From assembly GCA_041652575.1 (NCBI GenBank), contig JBAZHC010000008.1, positions 46,022 through 110,021 of the forward strand: a stretch of DNA of 64,000 nucleotides, written 5' to 3'. Positions 10,630-21,741 of this stretch are shown in pieces. The notes beneath the pieces are model-generated. The model had not been told where the DNA came from and searched no databases. It worked only from the letters and a program-made list of their open reading frames with translations. Each line of letters starts with the position of its first letter. Positions within the stretch are counted from its first letter, which is position 1. This DNA comes from Phycisphaerae bacterium. GTDB taxonomy: Bacteria > Planctomycetota > Phycisphaerae > Sedimentisphaerales > UBA12454. Made by a program: the position numbers and the translations under genes.

Positions 10630-10820
10630 TTAAAACATCCTCTATTATTTAAAACAAAGTAATCCTTATTGCGTCTCTTTTAGAAACCAGCCAAACAACT
10701 TTGGTATTTTATCATATCTGGATAGAATTAGAAAGCTTTTTTCGATGGAAAGGCATAAGCCATAAAATGCCTTACTGTCACCTTTATAAGAAAATATTTT
10801 AATCCTTAACCGCATTCCAA

Positions 10821-11627
10821 TTATGCACATAAAGATTTGAAAGTTTTTATTGACTGCTCGGCGGCGGTTTGAGAATCCGGCCATGGCAATGCCTCTGCAG
10901 AAAGATAGCCTTTGTAGCCAATATATTTGAGAGCATCGACAGCAGATTTTAAATCAATGTGCCCCGTTCCTGCCGGTTTGCGGTCGCTGTCAACAAAATC
11001 GACATAACCGATATATCCGGCGGCCTGTTTTATGCTCTCGGCAATATTCTTTTCCGCAATATCCATATGAAAAAGGTCTGCGAGTAGTTTTATATTATCG
11101 GCGCCTGCTTTTTTGATAATTTCAATGCCTTCCGCAAGCGTATTTATCACATCGGTGCTTAAATGGCTTAACGGTTCAAAAAGAAGCTCCACATTCCTCT
11201 GTGCAGCATATCGGCCTAATTCATTAAGACTATCAGCAAGCTCAGCCAAAATATCCCCCCTGCTATTATTGCCGATATGACCCTGCATCGAGCCTATTTT
11301 TGCAGGGGCGTTAAAAGGTGCGCCGAAATCAATCATTCTTTTGATAAAATCAATCGCCTTTGCACGGACAGCTTTGTCCGGACTTGTCAATGTAAGATTA
11401 TGCAGTGCTTTACCGGCACCTGTCGGAACGGCAGAGAGAACCAGATTGTTATCGTCGAGAAGACGTTGTAAATATTTTCCGTCAACCTCATCCGCATTCG
11501 TTACACAAAGTTCAATGCCGTCAAAACCGATTTGTTTTGCCTTAGGGATATATATTGAAAGGTCGCCCTGAAAAATGTGTGCTCCCTTTGAGGATTTGAC
11601 CGTAGAAATTGTTACGCTCGATTTCAC
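10821..11627 (-). CDS. Sugar phosphate isomerase/epimerase (xylose isomerase-like TIM barrel, IolO-like)
   Basis: GFDGIEL, LFEPL, LLADLFHM, DSDRKPAGTGHIDL, GYKGYLSAE motifs. Confidence 0.85.
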   Translation of the reverse strand: MKSSVTISTVKSSKGAHIFQGDLSIYIPKAKQIGFDGIELCVTNADEVDGKYLQRLLDDNNLVLSAVPTGAGKALHNLTLTSPDKAVRAKAIDFIKRMIDFGAPFNAPAKIGSMQGHIGNNSRGDILAELADSLNELGRYAAQRNVELLFEPLSHLSTDVINTLAEGIEIIKKAGADNIKLLADLFHMDIAEKNIAESIKQAAGYIGYVDFVDSDRKPAGTGHIDLKSAVDALKYIGYKGYLSAEALPWPDSQTAAEQSIKTFKSLCA

Positions 11628-11655
11628 AGATTGCCCTGTAGCCGGAATTTAGATT

Positions 11656-12819
11656 TTATTGGGAATTAACGAACGGACTGAGTTCTCTAAGGCGGTTGAC
11701 AATTGCCGGCATTTTTTCAATCACAAAATCCACTTCTTCCTCGGTATTGTAGATGCTGAGGCTGAATCTAATCGAGCCGTGAGCGGCGGTAAACGGAACA
11801 CCCATCGCACGCATAACGTGGCTCGGCTCAAGCGCACCAGAAGTGCAGGCAGAACCGCTGCTGGCACAGATTCCGAACTGGTTGAGCAAAAGCAAAATCG
11901 CTTCGCCTTCGATAAACTCGAAACTTATATTGGTAGTATTCGGCAGACGATTAATTTTATCGCCGTTGAGCATAGCACCTGTGCAGCTCTTTAAAAGAGC
12001 GTTTTCGAGCTTGTCGCGAAGTTTTTTAACTTTCGTATTCTCCTGCTTTATAGATTTTGCGGCAAGTTCGGCAGCTTTGCCCAGGGCAACAATACCTGCG
12101 ACATTTTCAGTACCCGCTCTTCTGCTCTTTTCCTGATGGCCCCCGATCATAAAAGGCGAAATCCTTGTGCCCTTCCTGACATAAAGAACACCGACGCCCT
12201 TGGGAGCGTGGAGCTTATGGCCGCTGAGACTAAGCAAATCGATATTGCTCTTACTAAGATTCAATGGAATCTTGCCGATGGCCTGAACAGCATCGGTATG
12301 AAAAACAACGTCTTTCGATTTGACAATCCCAGCGATTTTATCTATTGGAAAAATCACGCCGGTTTCGTTATTTGCATACATTATCGTAACAATCGCGGTA
12401 TCGTCATTGACCTCGGCTTTAAGCTCGTCGAGATTTATTTGCCCTTCCTTATCAACGCCGAGTTCAACCACCTTATAGCCCTGCGACTGTATCTCCCGGC
12501 AGGTCGCAAGAACGGCAGGATGCTCGACGCGGGTTGTAATAATCTTCCTCTTTTCCGGCAGAGCGGCAAGAACGCCTTTTATCGCAGCGTTGTCGCTTTC
12601 TGTGCCGCAGCTTGTGAAAATAATTTCCGAAACGTCGCAGCCAAGAAGATTTGCGATTGTTTCTCTGCTTTGGGCGATATATTTTTCTACCTGACCGCCA
12701 AAGGTGTGCATACTCGATGGATTGCCGTAGAGGTCTGTCAAAAAAGGTTTCATTGCTTCAAAAACTTCCGGGGCGACCTTAGTCGTAGCATTGTTATCAA
12801 AATATATTACTTTCGACAT
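11656..12819 (-). CDS. nifS: Cysteine desulfurase NifS
   Basis: YFDNNATT, MYANNETG, FHTDAVQ, LSGHKLHAPKG (PLP Lys), ASSGSACTS (catalytic Cys); adjacent to nifU. Confidence 0.95.
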   Translation of the reverse strand: MSKVIYFDNNATTKVAPEVFEAMKPFLTDLYGNPSSMHTFGGQVEKYIAQSRETIANLLGCDVSEIIFTSCGTESDNAAIKGVLAALPEKRKIITTRVEHPAVLATCREIQSQGYKVVELGVDKEGQINLDELKAEVNDDTAIVTIMYANNETGVIFPIDKIAGIVKSKDVVFHTDAVQAIGKIPLNLSKSNIDLLSLSGHKLHAPKGVGVLYVRKGTRISPFMIGGHQEKSRRAGTENVAGIVALGKAAELAAKSIKQENTKVKKLRDKLENALLKSCTGAMLNGDKINRLPNTTNISFEFIEGEAILLLLNQFGICASSGSACTSGALEPSHVMRAMGVPFTAAHGSIRFSLSIYNTEEEVDFVIEKMPAIVNRLRELSPFVNSQ

Positions 12820-12829
12820 TTGTGTTTCC

Positions 12830-13678
12830 TTACACTATTTGTTCTTCTACAATAATATCTTCGCTGACAAATTCACGAAGTCTTGCTTCAACAACGTCCT
12901 TTATAGTAAATTCAGCCGTTGGGCACTGCGAACACATACCGCGGAAAGCGACGATAACCTTGCTGCCTTCGACATCGATAAGGTCGATATCTCCGCCGTG
13001 AGTTTTAAGGAGCGGACGAACCTGTTCTGCAATCGTCCGCTGGATGAGCTGGATTTTCTGCAGATTCGTCAATTTTTTCGGATGAGTATGTGTTTCTGTG
13101 ACTTTATCTTTTTTCCCGCAAATCCTGTCAATAATCTGCTGAATTTCGCCGCGGCAGGAGCCGCATCCGCCGCCGGCCTTGCAGTAATTCGTAACCTGCT
13201 CGACTGTGTCGATATCATTTTCAATAATTACTTTTTCAATTTCCTTATCTGTTACGCCGAAGCAGGTACAGACGATTTTGCCTTCGGCTTTTTTGGTCGG
13301 CTTCCCTTTTCCGGTGCGATAATTGGCAATCGCGGCATGGAGAGCTTCCATACCCATAACCGAGCAGTGCATTTTCTGTTCCGGCAGACCGCCAAGCTTG
13401 TCAACAATGTCTTTATTGGTTATTTTCTCGGCCTCGTCGAGAGTAAGACCTTTCACCATTTCAGTCATTACCGAAGATGAAGCGATTGCGCTTGCGCAGC
13501 CGAAAGTTTTAAACTTCACATCGGCGATTCTGCCGTCCTTATCGAGTTTGAAAGTCAGCTTCAGCATATCGCCGCATGCAAGAGAGCCTTCTTCTCCGAC
13601 GCCGTCGGGGTTTTCAATCTCGCCGACATTTTTCGGATAAAGGAAGTACTCCATAACTTTTGGATTATAGTCCCACAT
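12830..13678 (-). CDS. nifU: Fe-S scaffold NifU (three-domain)
   Basis: IscU-like domain (ACGD, FGCASA, KMHCS), central CTCF...NYCKAGGGCGSC [2Fe-2S] domain, C-terminal Nfu domain (GGDI...MCSQCP). Confidence 0.95.
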   Translation of the reverse strand: MWDYNPKVMEYFLYPKNVGEIENPDGVGEEGSLACGDMLKLTFKLDKDGRIADVKFKTFGCASAIASSSVMTEMVKGLTLDEAEKITNKDIVDKLGGLPEQKMHCSVMGMEALHAAIANYRTGKGKPTKKAEGKIVCTCFGVTDKEIEKVIIENDIDTVEQVTNYCKAGGGCGSCRGEIQQIIDRICGKKDKVTETHTHPKKLTNLQKIQLIQRTIAEQVRPLLKTHGGDIDLIDVEGSKVIVAFRGMCSQCPTAEFTIKDVVEARLREFVSEDIIVEEQIV

Positions 13679-13682
13679 ATTT

Positions 13683-13716
13683 TTAGTCCTTAGTTTTGAG
13701 TTTTTAGTTTTGAGTT
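13683..13716 (-). repeat. Heptamer tandem array, 3' arm of inverted pair
   Basis: Minus strand reads AACTCAA AACTAAA AACTCAA AACTAAG GACTAA. It contains the stop of the 106-aa ORF and the AAGGA RBS of nifU. Confidence 0.9.
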
Positions 13717-14010
13717 ATATACAATTACATCATCTTTTATTTTTTTACATTTTAAAATGGTGCACATTACACATACAAAAAAGAGAACACTATAAGCAAT
13801 TACAAAACTTAAAACAGATTGTAAATCTGGAAATTCTTTCTTATTCCACAATGGACTCATCAATATTACAAGATTTAAAATTATAGAAGCAATAACACTG
13901 AATAACCCTTTTGGAATACGACACAATTTAGCTATACAATAAAATAATATACCAAACAAAAGCCATACTATTGTCTGCCCCAACACTTGTGCTGCATAGG
14001 TCATCATCAT
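13690..14010 (-). CDS. Hypothetical small membrane protein (about 3 TM)
   Basis: 106 aa with three hydrophobic stretches. ATG overlaps the stop of the upstream gene (TAATG). Last codons (YNSKLKTQN*) are read through the heptamer array. Confidence 0.6.
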   Translation of the reverse strand: MMMTYAAQVLGQTIVWLLFGILFYCIAKLCRIPKGLFSVIASIILNLVILMSPLWNKKEFPDLQSVLSFVIAYSVLFFVCVMCTILKCKKIKDDVIVYNSKLKTQN

Positions 14011-14372
14011 TAGTTTCCCATCTGCATTTTTTCATTTCCTGTTTTAACAATACTCGTTAATATTTTTATAATTTCTAAAGATTCTTTTAATAAATATTCC
14101 ACACTAACATCACTGCAAATTTTGGCATCCTTAATCAGTCGTAACCAATAATTTGTTTCCCTTGCTTCTTTTGACGCTATACACATCTTTGCATAAAAAT
14201 CCCTTTGACTTTGTCCCGCCAATGCCTCTTCAACATTAGCGCCTATACTCGTCCCTGAACGCAAGAGTTGTTTCGCAATTTCAAAATGTTTTTCGTCTTT
14301 AAGTTGCTGGCAGAACCTAAGTATACTTAACGCGAATTTATAACTTTTTTCTTTAATTATACTCTTTGCCAT
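14010..14372 (-). CDS. Four-helix bundle protein (23S rRNA-IVS protein / TIGR02436-like family)
   Basis: KSYKFAL...QLLRSGTSIGANVEEA...SQRDFYAKMCIASKEARETNYWLRL family signature. Confidence 0.93.
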   Translation of the reverse strand: MAKSIIKEKSYKFALSILRFCQQLKDEKHFEIAKQLLRSGTSIGANVEEALAGQSQRDFYAKMCIASKEARETNYWLRLIKDAKICSDVSVEYLLKESLEIIKILTSIVKTGNEKMQMGN

Positions 14373-14378
14373 ATCGTC

Positions 14379-16612
<2,234 letters not shown>

Positions 16613-16619
16613 ATATTTT

Positions 16620-17519
16620 TTACTTTTTTGGTTTCTTCTGGATATAAACAAGTTCCGGTCTTGACATTGAAACTATAACGCCCGGGGGAACTGAATCCTT
16701 AATCCATACGTTTCCGCTTATTATTGTGCCTTTGCCGATTACCACATCGCCCAGGATTGTAGCCGCGGCATAAATCGTAACGTCATCTTCGATTGTCGGA
16801 TGTCTTTTTACCCCTCGCAGGCTCTGTCCCTTGGCGGGAGCAAGAGCGCCGAGCGTCACGCCCTGATAAATTTTTACGTTATTGCCTATGATGGAAGTTT
16901 CGCCGATGACTATACCGGTGCCGTGGTCGATGAAAAACCTTTCACCGATTTTCGCGCCGGGATGAATGTCAATTCCCGTTTCGTGATGAGTACGTTCGCT
17001 CATTATTCTCGGAATCAGCGGCACATCTTTAAGATAAAGTTCATGCGCAATCCTGTGAGTCGTTATTGCCTTTAGGCCCGGATAGCTTAAAACGATTTCC
17101 TCGAAACTCGATGCCGCAGGGTCGCCGTCAAAAGCCGCCTGGATATCGGTCTTGAGCAGTTTGCGAATTTTCGGAATCTGCGCCAAAAGATGCTCCGTAA
17201 CTTCTTTGGCCATTATATGGCATCCGTCGCTGTTGCACTGTTTCAGTCTGCACTGATGACGAAACGCCCTTTCCACCTGCTCGACGAGCTGATTTTGAAC
17301 CTGGCAGAGAATATCGCCGACTACGAAACTGATATTCGAGCTTGTTATATCTCTGGCCCCTGTATAGCCGGGAAAAATAACTTCCGTAAGCAGGCCGAGT
17401 ATTTCGCGTATCCTGTCCCGCAGAGGCAGATTCGTGGTATCGATAAAATTTATACCGGAATCGTCTTCGTAGGTATCCACAACCGCCTTGACAAATTTTT
17501 TAATTTTATCATTTTCCAT
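16620..17519 (-). CDS. cysE: Serine O-acetyltransferase (EpsC-type long form)
   Basis: GDPAA, SYPGL, HRIAH, TGIDIHPGAKIG, FIDHGTGIVIGET, IYQGVTLG, KRHPTI. ATG at 17519 with GGGGG 5 nt upstream. Confidence 0.93.
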   Translation of the reverse strand: MENDKIKKFVKAVVDTYEDDSGINFIDTTNLPLRDRIREILGLLTEVIFPGYTGARDITSSNISFVVGDILCQVQNQLVEQVERAFRHQCRLKQCNSDGCHIMAKEVTEHLLAQIPKIRKLLKTDIQAAFDGDPAASSFEEIVLSYPGLKAITTHRIAHELYLKDVPLIPRIMSERTHHETGIDIHPGAKIGERFFIDHGTGIVIGETSIIGNNVKIYQGVTLGALAPAKGQSLRGVKRHPTIEDDVTIYAAATILGDVVIGKGTIISGNVWIKDSVPPGVIVSMSRPELVYIQKKPKK

Positions 17520-17521
17520 AT

Positions 17522-17563
17522 TTACCCCCACACCAATGTTTCTGATAAATACTTTGTTTTCAT
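17522..17563 (-). CDS. Putative 13-aa upstream micro-ORF MKTKYLSETLVWG
   Basis: AAGGG-AAAAA-ATG start; reads through the cysE-proximal repeat arm and stops 2 nt before the cysE ATG. Translation is unproven. Confidence 0.3.
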   Translation of the reverse strand: MKTKYLSETLVWG

Positions 17564-17611
17564 TTTTTCCCTTAAAATTTTATCCCCTGCACCGATACAT
17601 TGGTGTGGGGG
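17525..17611. repeat. Perfect 15-bp inverted repeat between cysK and cysE
   Basis: CCCCCACACCAATGT (17525-17539) and ACATTGGTGTGGGGG (17597-17611), 57-nt spacer. A degenerate third copy CCCCTGCACCGAT lies at 17584-17596. Confidence 0.9.
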
Positions 17612-17619
17612 CGTACCTT

Positions 17620-18540
17620 TTACTGAAATAGTTCTGTCGAAATATATCTTTCGCCGGTATCACAGATAATCGTTACTATAACTTTTCCTTTATTTTCTTT
17701 TCTCTTTGCAAGCTGCATAGCGGCGAAAACATTTGCACCGGAACTAATCCCCGCAAGGATGCCTTCTTTTGCGGCAAGCTGCTTTGCCGTTTCGATTGCG
17801 TCTTCATTTGTTACGCAGATAATCTCATCGCATACAGCCCTGTCAAAAACCTTCGGCACGAAGCCAGCGCCTATGCCCTGAATTTTATGCGGGCCGGGTT
17901 TGCCGCCTGAAAGTATCGCCGAATCGGCAGGTTCAACCGCTACAACCTTAACGGACGGCTTATATTTTTTAAGCACCTGCCCGCAGCCGGTAATTGTACC
18001 ACCTGTTCCAACACCGGCAACAAATATATCGACCCCGCCGTCGGTATCATACCAGATTTCCTCGGCCGTGGTCTTGCGGTGTATCTCCGGGTTTGCCGGA
18101 TTATCGAACTGCTGGAGCATAACCATATTGCCGCTATTGCTGACCATTCGCTGGGCATAGGATACAGCCCCTTTCATGCCCTCGGCGGCAGGTGTCAGAA
18201 CAATTTCAGCGCCAAGTATTTTAAGAATTTTTCTTCTTTCGATACTCATTGACTCCGGCATAACCAGCATAAGTTTGTAACCTTTTACCGCGCAGACAAA
18301 AGCAAGACCTATGCCTGTATTACCGCTGGTCGGTTCAACAAGAGTCGTATGCCTGTTGACCCTGCCATCTTTTTCAGCAGCTTCAATCATTGCCAGACCT
18401 ATTCTGTCTTTGACGGAACCGCACGGATTAAAAAACTCCATCTTGCCAAGTATTTGTGCATCAGAAGAACCGAGAGTATTAATCCGCACCAGCGGCGTAT
18501 TGCCAATAGTCTCAGTCAGATTGTTATAAATCTTTGCCAT
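17620..18540 (-). CDS. cysK: Cysteine synthase A
   Basis: TIGNTPLV, EFFNPCGSVKDR (PLP Lys), EPTSGNTGIGLA, GVGTGGT, HKIQGIGAGF, GISSGA, DTGERYIST. Start at MAKIY (18540). Confidence 0.96.
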   Translation of the reverse strand: MAKIYNNLTETIGNTPLVRINTLGSSDAQILGKMEFFNPCGSVKDRIGLAMIEAAEKDGRVNRHTTLVEPTSGNTGIGLAFVCAVKGYKLMLVMPESMSIERRKILKILGAEIVLTPAAEGMKGAVSYAQRMVSNSGNMVMLQQFDNPANPEIHRKTTAEEIWYDTDGGVDIFVAGVGTGGTITGCGQVLKKYKPSVKVVAVEPADSAILSGGKPGPHKIQGIGAGFVPKVFDRAVCDEIICVTNEDAIETAKQLAAKEGILAGISSGANVFAAMQLAKRKENKGKVIVTIICDTGERYISTELFQ

Positions 18541-18558
18541 AATACGCTCCAATCAAAA

Positions 18559-18996
18559 TCAAATCTGATAACTCATACTGCGTTTTTCTTTTTCAGCCAT
18601 TTCGACCAAATCCCGCAGCGTTTTATTTTCCAATACGCCTAATATCGCATCGTTCATCTGAACCCATAAGTTTCTCGTCGCGCAGTCGGCGTGACTTTGG
18701 CAGAGATTTTCATTCTCGACGCATTCGACTGTGAGCACCGGCCCTTCGAGCGTTCTGAAAACGTCGCTTAATTCTATTTCTTCCGGCGGTCTCGAAAGCA
18801 CATAACCGCCATGAGGCCCCCTGATACTCCTGACTAGGCCGGCTGTTTTCAGCATCGATACGAGCTGCTCAAGGTATTTATTGGATATATTCTGACGCTC
18901 TGCTATTACCTTAATCTGCAGCGGACCGGCATTGTGAGCTATCGCAAGCTCCAGTAAAGCCCGCATGCCATATCTTGTTCTTGTTGAAAGCTTCAT
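18559..18996 (-). CDS. Rrf2 family transcriptional regulator (CymR/IscR-like)
   Basis: LSTRTRYGMRALLELA, YLEQL, GLVRSIRGPHGGYVL; three Cys (VEC...LC...DC) in the Fe-S ligand region; heads the cys/nif operon. Confidence 0.93.
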   Translation of the reverse strand: MKLSTRTRYGMRALLELAIAHNAGPLQIKVIAERQNISNKYLEQLVSMLKTAGLVRSIRGPHGGYVLSRPPEEIELSDVFRTLEGPVLTVECVENENLCQSHADCATRNLWVQMNDAILGVLENKTLRDLVEMAEKEKRSMSYQI

Positions 18997-19031
18997 GACT
19001 TTCTCCTAAATTCCTATGGTTTTAGTAGTGT

Positions 19032-19060
19032 ACTATATAAATATTACGAAGTTTTGTCAA
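19032..19060 (-). promoter_or_regulatory. Sigma70-type promoter of the rrf2-cys-nif operon
   Basis: TTGACA (19060-19055), 17-nt spacer, TATAGT (19037-19032). Confidence 0.75.
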
Positions 19061-19131
19061 GAATGTGCATAAAAAAAACAACAAAACAACAAATTTACTC
19101 TATAATATTTAAACCCTTATTTTTTAACTAC

Positions 19132-19160
19132 TTGACACAATTTTACCCCGACAATAGAAT
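19132..19160 (+). promoter_or_regulatory. Sigma70-type promoter for the 19195 gene
   Basis: TTGACA (19132-19137), 17-nt spacer, TAGAAT (19155-19160). Confidence 0.7.
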
Positions 19161-19194
19161 AAACCGGCTTTTTATAGGACAAAAAGAGGTTTCT

Positions 19195-20217
19195 ATGCCA
19201 AAACAATTGCCTGAACCATCTATAGAGCATCTTCAGCGTCTTACCGACGATACAGGCCTGATGCAGCACGCCAAATACATAATACCTGACCGATTGAACG
19301 GCTACTGCACCGACGACAACGCACGGGCTCTTATTGCGGTTACCAAATACCTTAAAAACCACAACGAACCGCGGGCAAGAAGACTATTCGATATATACCT
19401 GGCCTTTCTTTACCATTCCTTAAAACCGGACAAGACTGTTCATAATTTTCTCGACTATAATAGAAACTGGAGAATTGATGAGCCGGAACATGATACGTTA
19501 GGCAGAGCTATCTGGGCGTTCGGCACGGTAATCGCTTCATCCCTGAACGACAATTACCTGCGTTTCGTCAAAGAATTTTTTGGTGATACATCCAACCATA
19601 TTCCATCAATGCCGCTGCGAAGCACGGCCTATTCAATTTTCGGTCTGTATGAATTCCTTACTAAATTTCCCAGGGACAAACACATACTCGACCTGTTAAA
19701 CATCGCCGCCGGCAATATTGCCAAAAATTATAACGACTGCTCGACGCCTAAGTGGGACTGGTTTGAAGAGGTACTCTCTTACGCAAACGCTATCCTGCCC
19801 GCTGCCATGTACACTGCCGGCAGAATACTCGACAACCGGACATATCTTGATATAGCGGAAAAAACCTGTTCTTTCCTGCTGGCAAATACATTCAACGGTA
19901 AACATTTCAGCTTTATAGGTTCCAACGGCTGGTACCCGAAACGCGGCAAACGCGCACAGTTCGACCAGCAGTGCATTGAGGCTTCAACAACTGTCATAAT
20001 GCTCGCAAACGCATACCTGGCGACAAAAGACAAAAAATACCTGACTCTGCAGAGAACGGCCTTTAACTGGTTTCTGGGAGAAAATGACGTACACCAAAGT
20101 CTTTACGATAATGAAACAAAGGGCTGCTGCGATGGCTTAAGCGCAGATGGAATAAATATCAATCAAGGTGCGGAAAGCATAATAAGCTTTCTCCTTGCAC
20201 ATCTATTTCTCCTTTAA
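19195..20217 (+). CDS. Hypothetical (alpha/alpha)6-barrel glycosidase-like protein, resembling the C-terminal domain of GT4-fusion proteins
   Basis: HLQRLTDDTGLMQHA, YCTDDNARAL, WFEEVLSYANA, FDQQCIEA, WFLGEND, CCDGL, NQGAES. AAGAGG RBS precedes ATG 19195. Confidence 0.7.
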   Translation: MPKQLPEPSIEHLQRLTDDTGLMQHAKYIIPDRLNGYCTDDNARALIAVTKYLKNHNEPRARRLFDIYLAFLYHSLKPDKTVHNFLDYNRNWRIDEPEHDTLGRAIWAFGTVIASSLNDNYLRFVKEFFGDTSNHIPSMPLRSTAYSIFGLYEFLTKFPRDKHILDLLNIAAGNIAKNYNDCSTPKWDWFEEVLSYANAILPAAMYTAGRILDNRTYLDIAEKTCSFLLANTFNGKHFSFIGSNGWYPKRGKRAQFDQQCIEASTTVIMLANAYLATKDKKYLTLQRTAFNWFLGENDVHQSLYDNETKGCCDGLSADGININQGAESIISFLLAHLFLL

Positions 20218-20335
20218 AAAAGCCTGTTGTTAAAATTTACAGAGATACTAAAAATTAAACTGCAAGGCCAAAACCAATTAGCAAATTATTTCAGTTGAGT
20301 TTGGAATAGAAAGAAATATAATTATTTCAAATTTA

Positions 20336-20929
20336 GTGAGGAAAATGATGATAAAAAACAAAATAATTATAAGTCTGAGTTGTGTTTTTTTAATTTTTTC
20401 GGCCGGATGCACTATGCCTCTCAACAAAGAAATAGCTTCTGAAGAAGTGATAGGCAAAAGATTCAATGAACAAGGAAAAATCACCGAAGAAATTTTAAAA
20501 AGGGAAATTCACCAAAACTATTATGCAATCATCGGACCTGACGGTCCCGGAAAAAATTATTTTGCATCATATGAATGCTATTTTAAAAATGACAAAATAA
20601 TAAAAAAGATTTCTGACATAGAATTTTACCGGGAAAATGGGAGTTCATATAATATAAAAACACCTGTTCGGCCAGTAACAGGCAGCACTAAATGGGTAGC
20701 AATTCAAGGTGGCTGTCCCACATCACTTCATTTTGCAAATATATATATTATAATTTTCGATAAGAATAAAACTTATAAAATGTTTAAAATTCCTGATTGC
20801 CGCAGAAAAGGTCTCGATGATTTTGAAATAGAATTTAAAGAAGGTAATAAAAAAGCAGTTATAAACACGAAAGATGGCAGAATTGTATTAGACGCTGAAA
20901 AATGTACTTTAGAAAGCGGTCAACAATAA
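20336..20929 (+). CDS. Hypothetical lipoprotein
   Basis: Basic N-terminus, hydrophobic stretch and lipobox FSAGC; strongly AT-rich. The true start may be one of the nearby downstream Met codons. Confidence 0.65.
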   Translation: MRKMMIKNKIIISLSCVFLIFSAGCTMPLNKEIASEEVIGKRFNEQGKITEEILKREIHQNYYAIIGPDGPGKNYFASYECYFKNDKIIKKISDIEFYRENGSSYNIKTPVRPVTGSTKWVAIQGGCPTSLHFANIYIIIFDKNKTYKMFKIPDCRRKGLDDFEIEFKEGNKKAVINTKDGRIVLDAEKCTLESGQQ

Positions 20930-20942
20930 CAAAAGGTATTGA

Positions 20943-21713
20943 ATGAAAATTGCAACTTTTAACGCTAATTCGATAAGGTCACGCGCTCAAATAATCATTG
21001 ATTGGCTGGCGGAAAATAAGCCGGATGTTTTATGCGTGCAGGAGACAAAGGCTCAGGACAAGGATTTTCCAACTGAAGCCTTTGCCAAAACCGGATATGA
21101 ATTCGTCTTCAAAGGCGAGAAAAACTATAACGGCGTGGCAATCTTCAGCAAACACAAAATCACAAAAGCCGAATACGGTCTCGACAGCGAACCCAAAGAC
21201 CCGGCGCGAATGATAAAGGCAAAAACAGCAGGAATCACTATCGTCAATACCTATATCCCGCAGGGATTTGAAATCGAATCGGAAAAATATCAATACAAAC
21301 TCGACTGGCTCAAAAGACTGTTTGAATATTTTAAAAAGCATTTCAAGCCGACAGATAAATTAATATGGACGGGCGATTTCAATATCGCTTATGAAGCAAA
21401 GGATGTTTACGACCCGGTTGCGCTTGACGGGACGGTCTGTTTTAACCGGCAGCTTTCACAGACTTTAAAAGAGTTTATGAAATGGGGCTTTACCGACCTT
21501 TTCAGAAAACATTGCAGTGAACCCGGACAGTTTACTTTCTGGGATTATCGGGAACCAAACGGTTTTAAAAGAAATCATGGCTGGCGGCTCGATTATATAA
21601 TGGGGACAGAACCGATGGAGAAGGCTTGTACGAATTGCTATATTGATAAAAAACCGAGAACGCTTGAAAAGCCCAGCGACCATACCTTCCTCGTCGCTGA
21701 ATTCAGGGACTAA
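20943..21713 (+). CDS. xth: Exodeoxyribonuclease III
   Basis: MKIATFNANSIR, LCVQETK, YNGVAI, GDFNIA, FTFWDYR, GWRLDY, PSDH. Confidence 0.96.
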   Translation: MKIATFNANSIRSRAQIIIDWLAENKPDVLCVQETKAQDKDFPTEAFAKTGYEFVFKGEKNYNGVAIFSKHKITKAEYGLDSEPKDPARMIKAKTAGITIVNTYIPQGFEIESEKYQYKLDWLKRLFEYFKKHFKPTDKLIWTGDFNIAYEAKDVYDPVALDGTVCFNRQLSQTLKEFMKWGFTDLFRKHCSEPGQFTFWDYREPNGFKRNHGWRLDYIMGTEPMEKACTNCYIDKKPRTLEKPSDHTFLVAEFRD

Positions 21714-21741
21714 ACAACTTCCCGGCTTTCAGAAAGCACTT

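Noticed and set aside
10650-10660. TAAAACAAAGT resembling class 1 attI
   Set aside because: It lacks the GTT core (reads GTA), lies in AT-rich DNA and has no cassette or attC context; likely chance.
11656-13678. Nitrogen fixation inferred from nifS/nifU
   Set aside because: No nifHDK or nifENB in the window; NifSU commonly acts as the general Fe-S system in anaerobes.
14010-14372. Diversity-generating retroelement (Avd-like gene)
   Set aside because: No reverse transcriptase and no TR/VR pair with A-specific mismatches were seen in the window.
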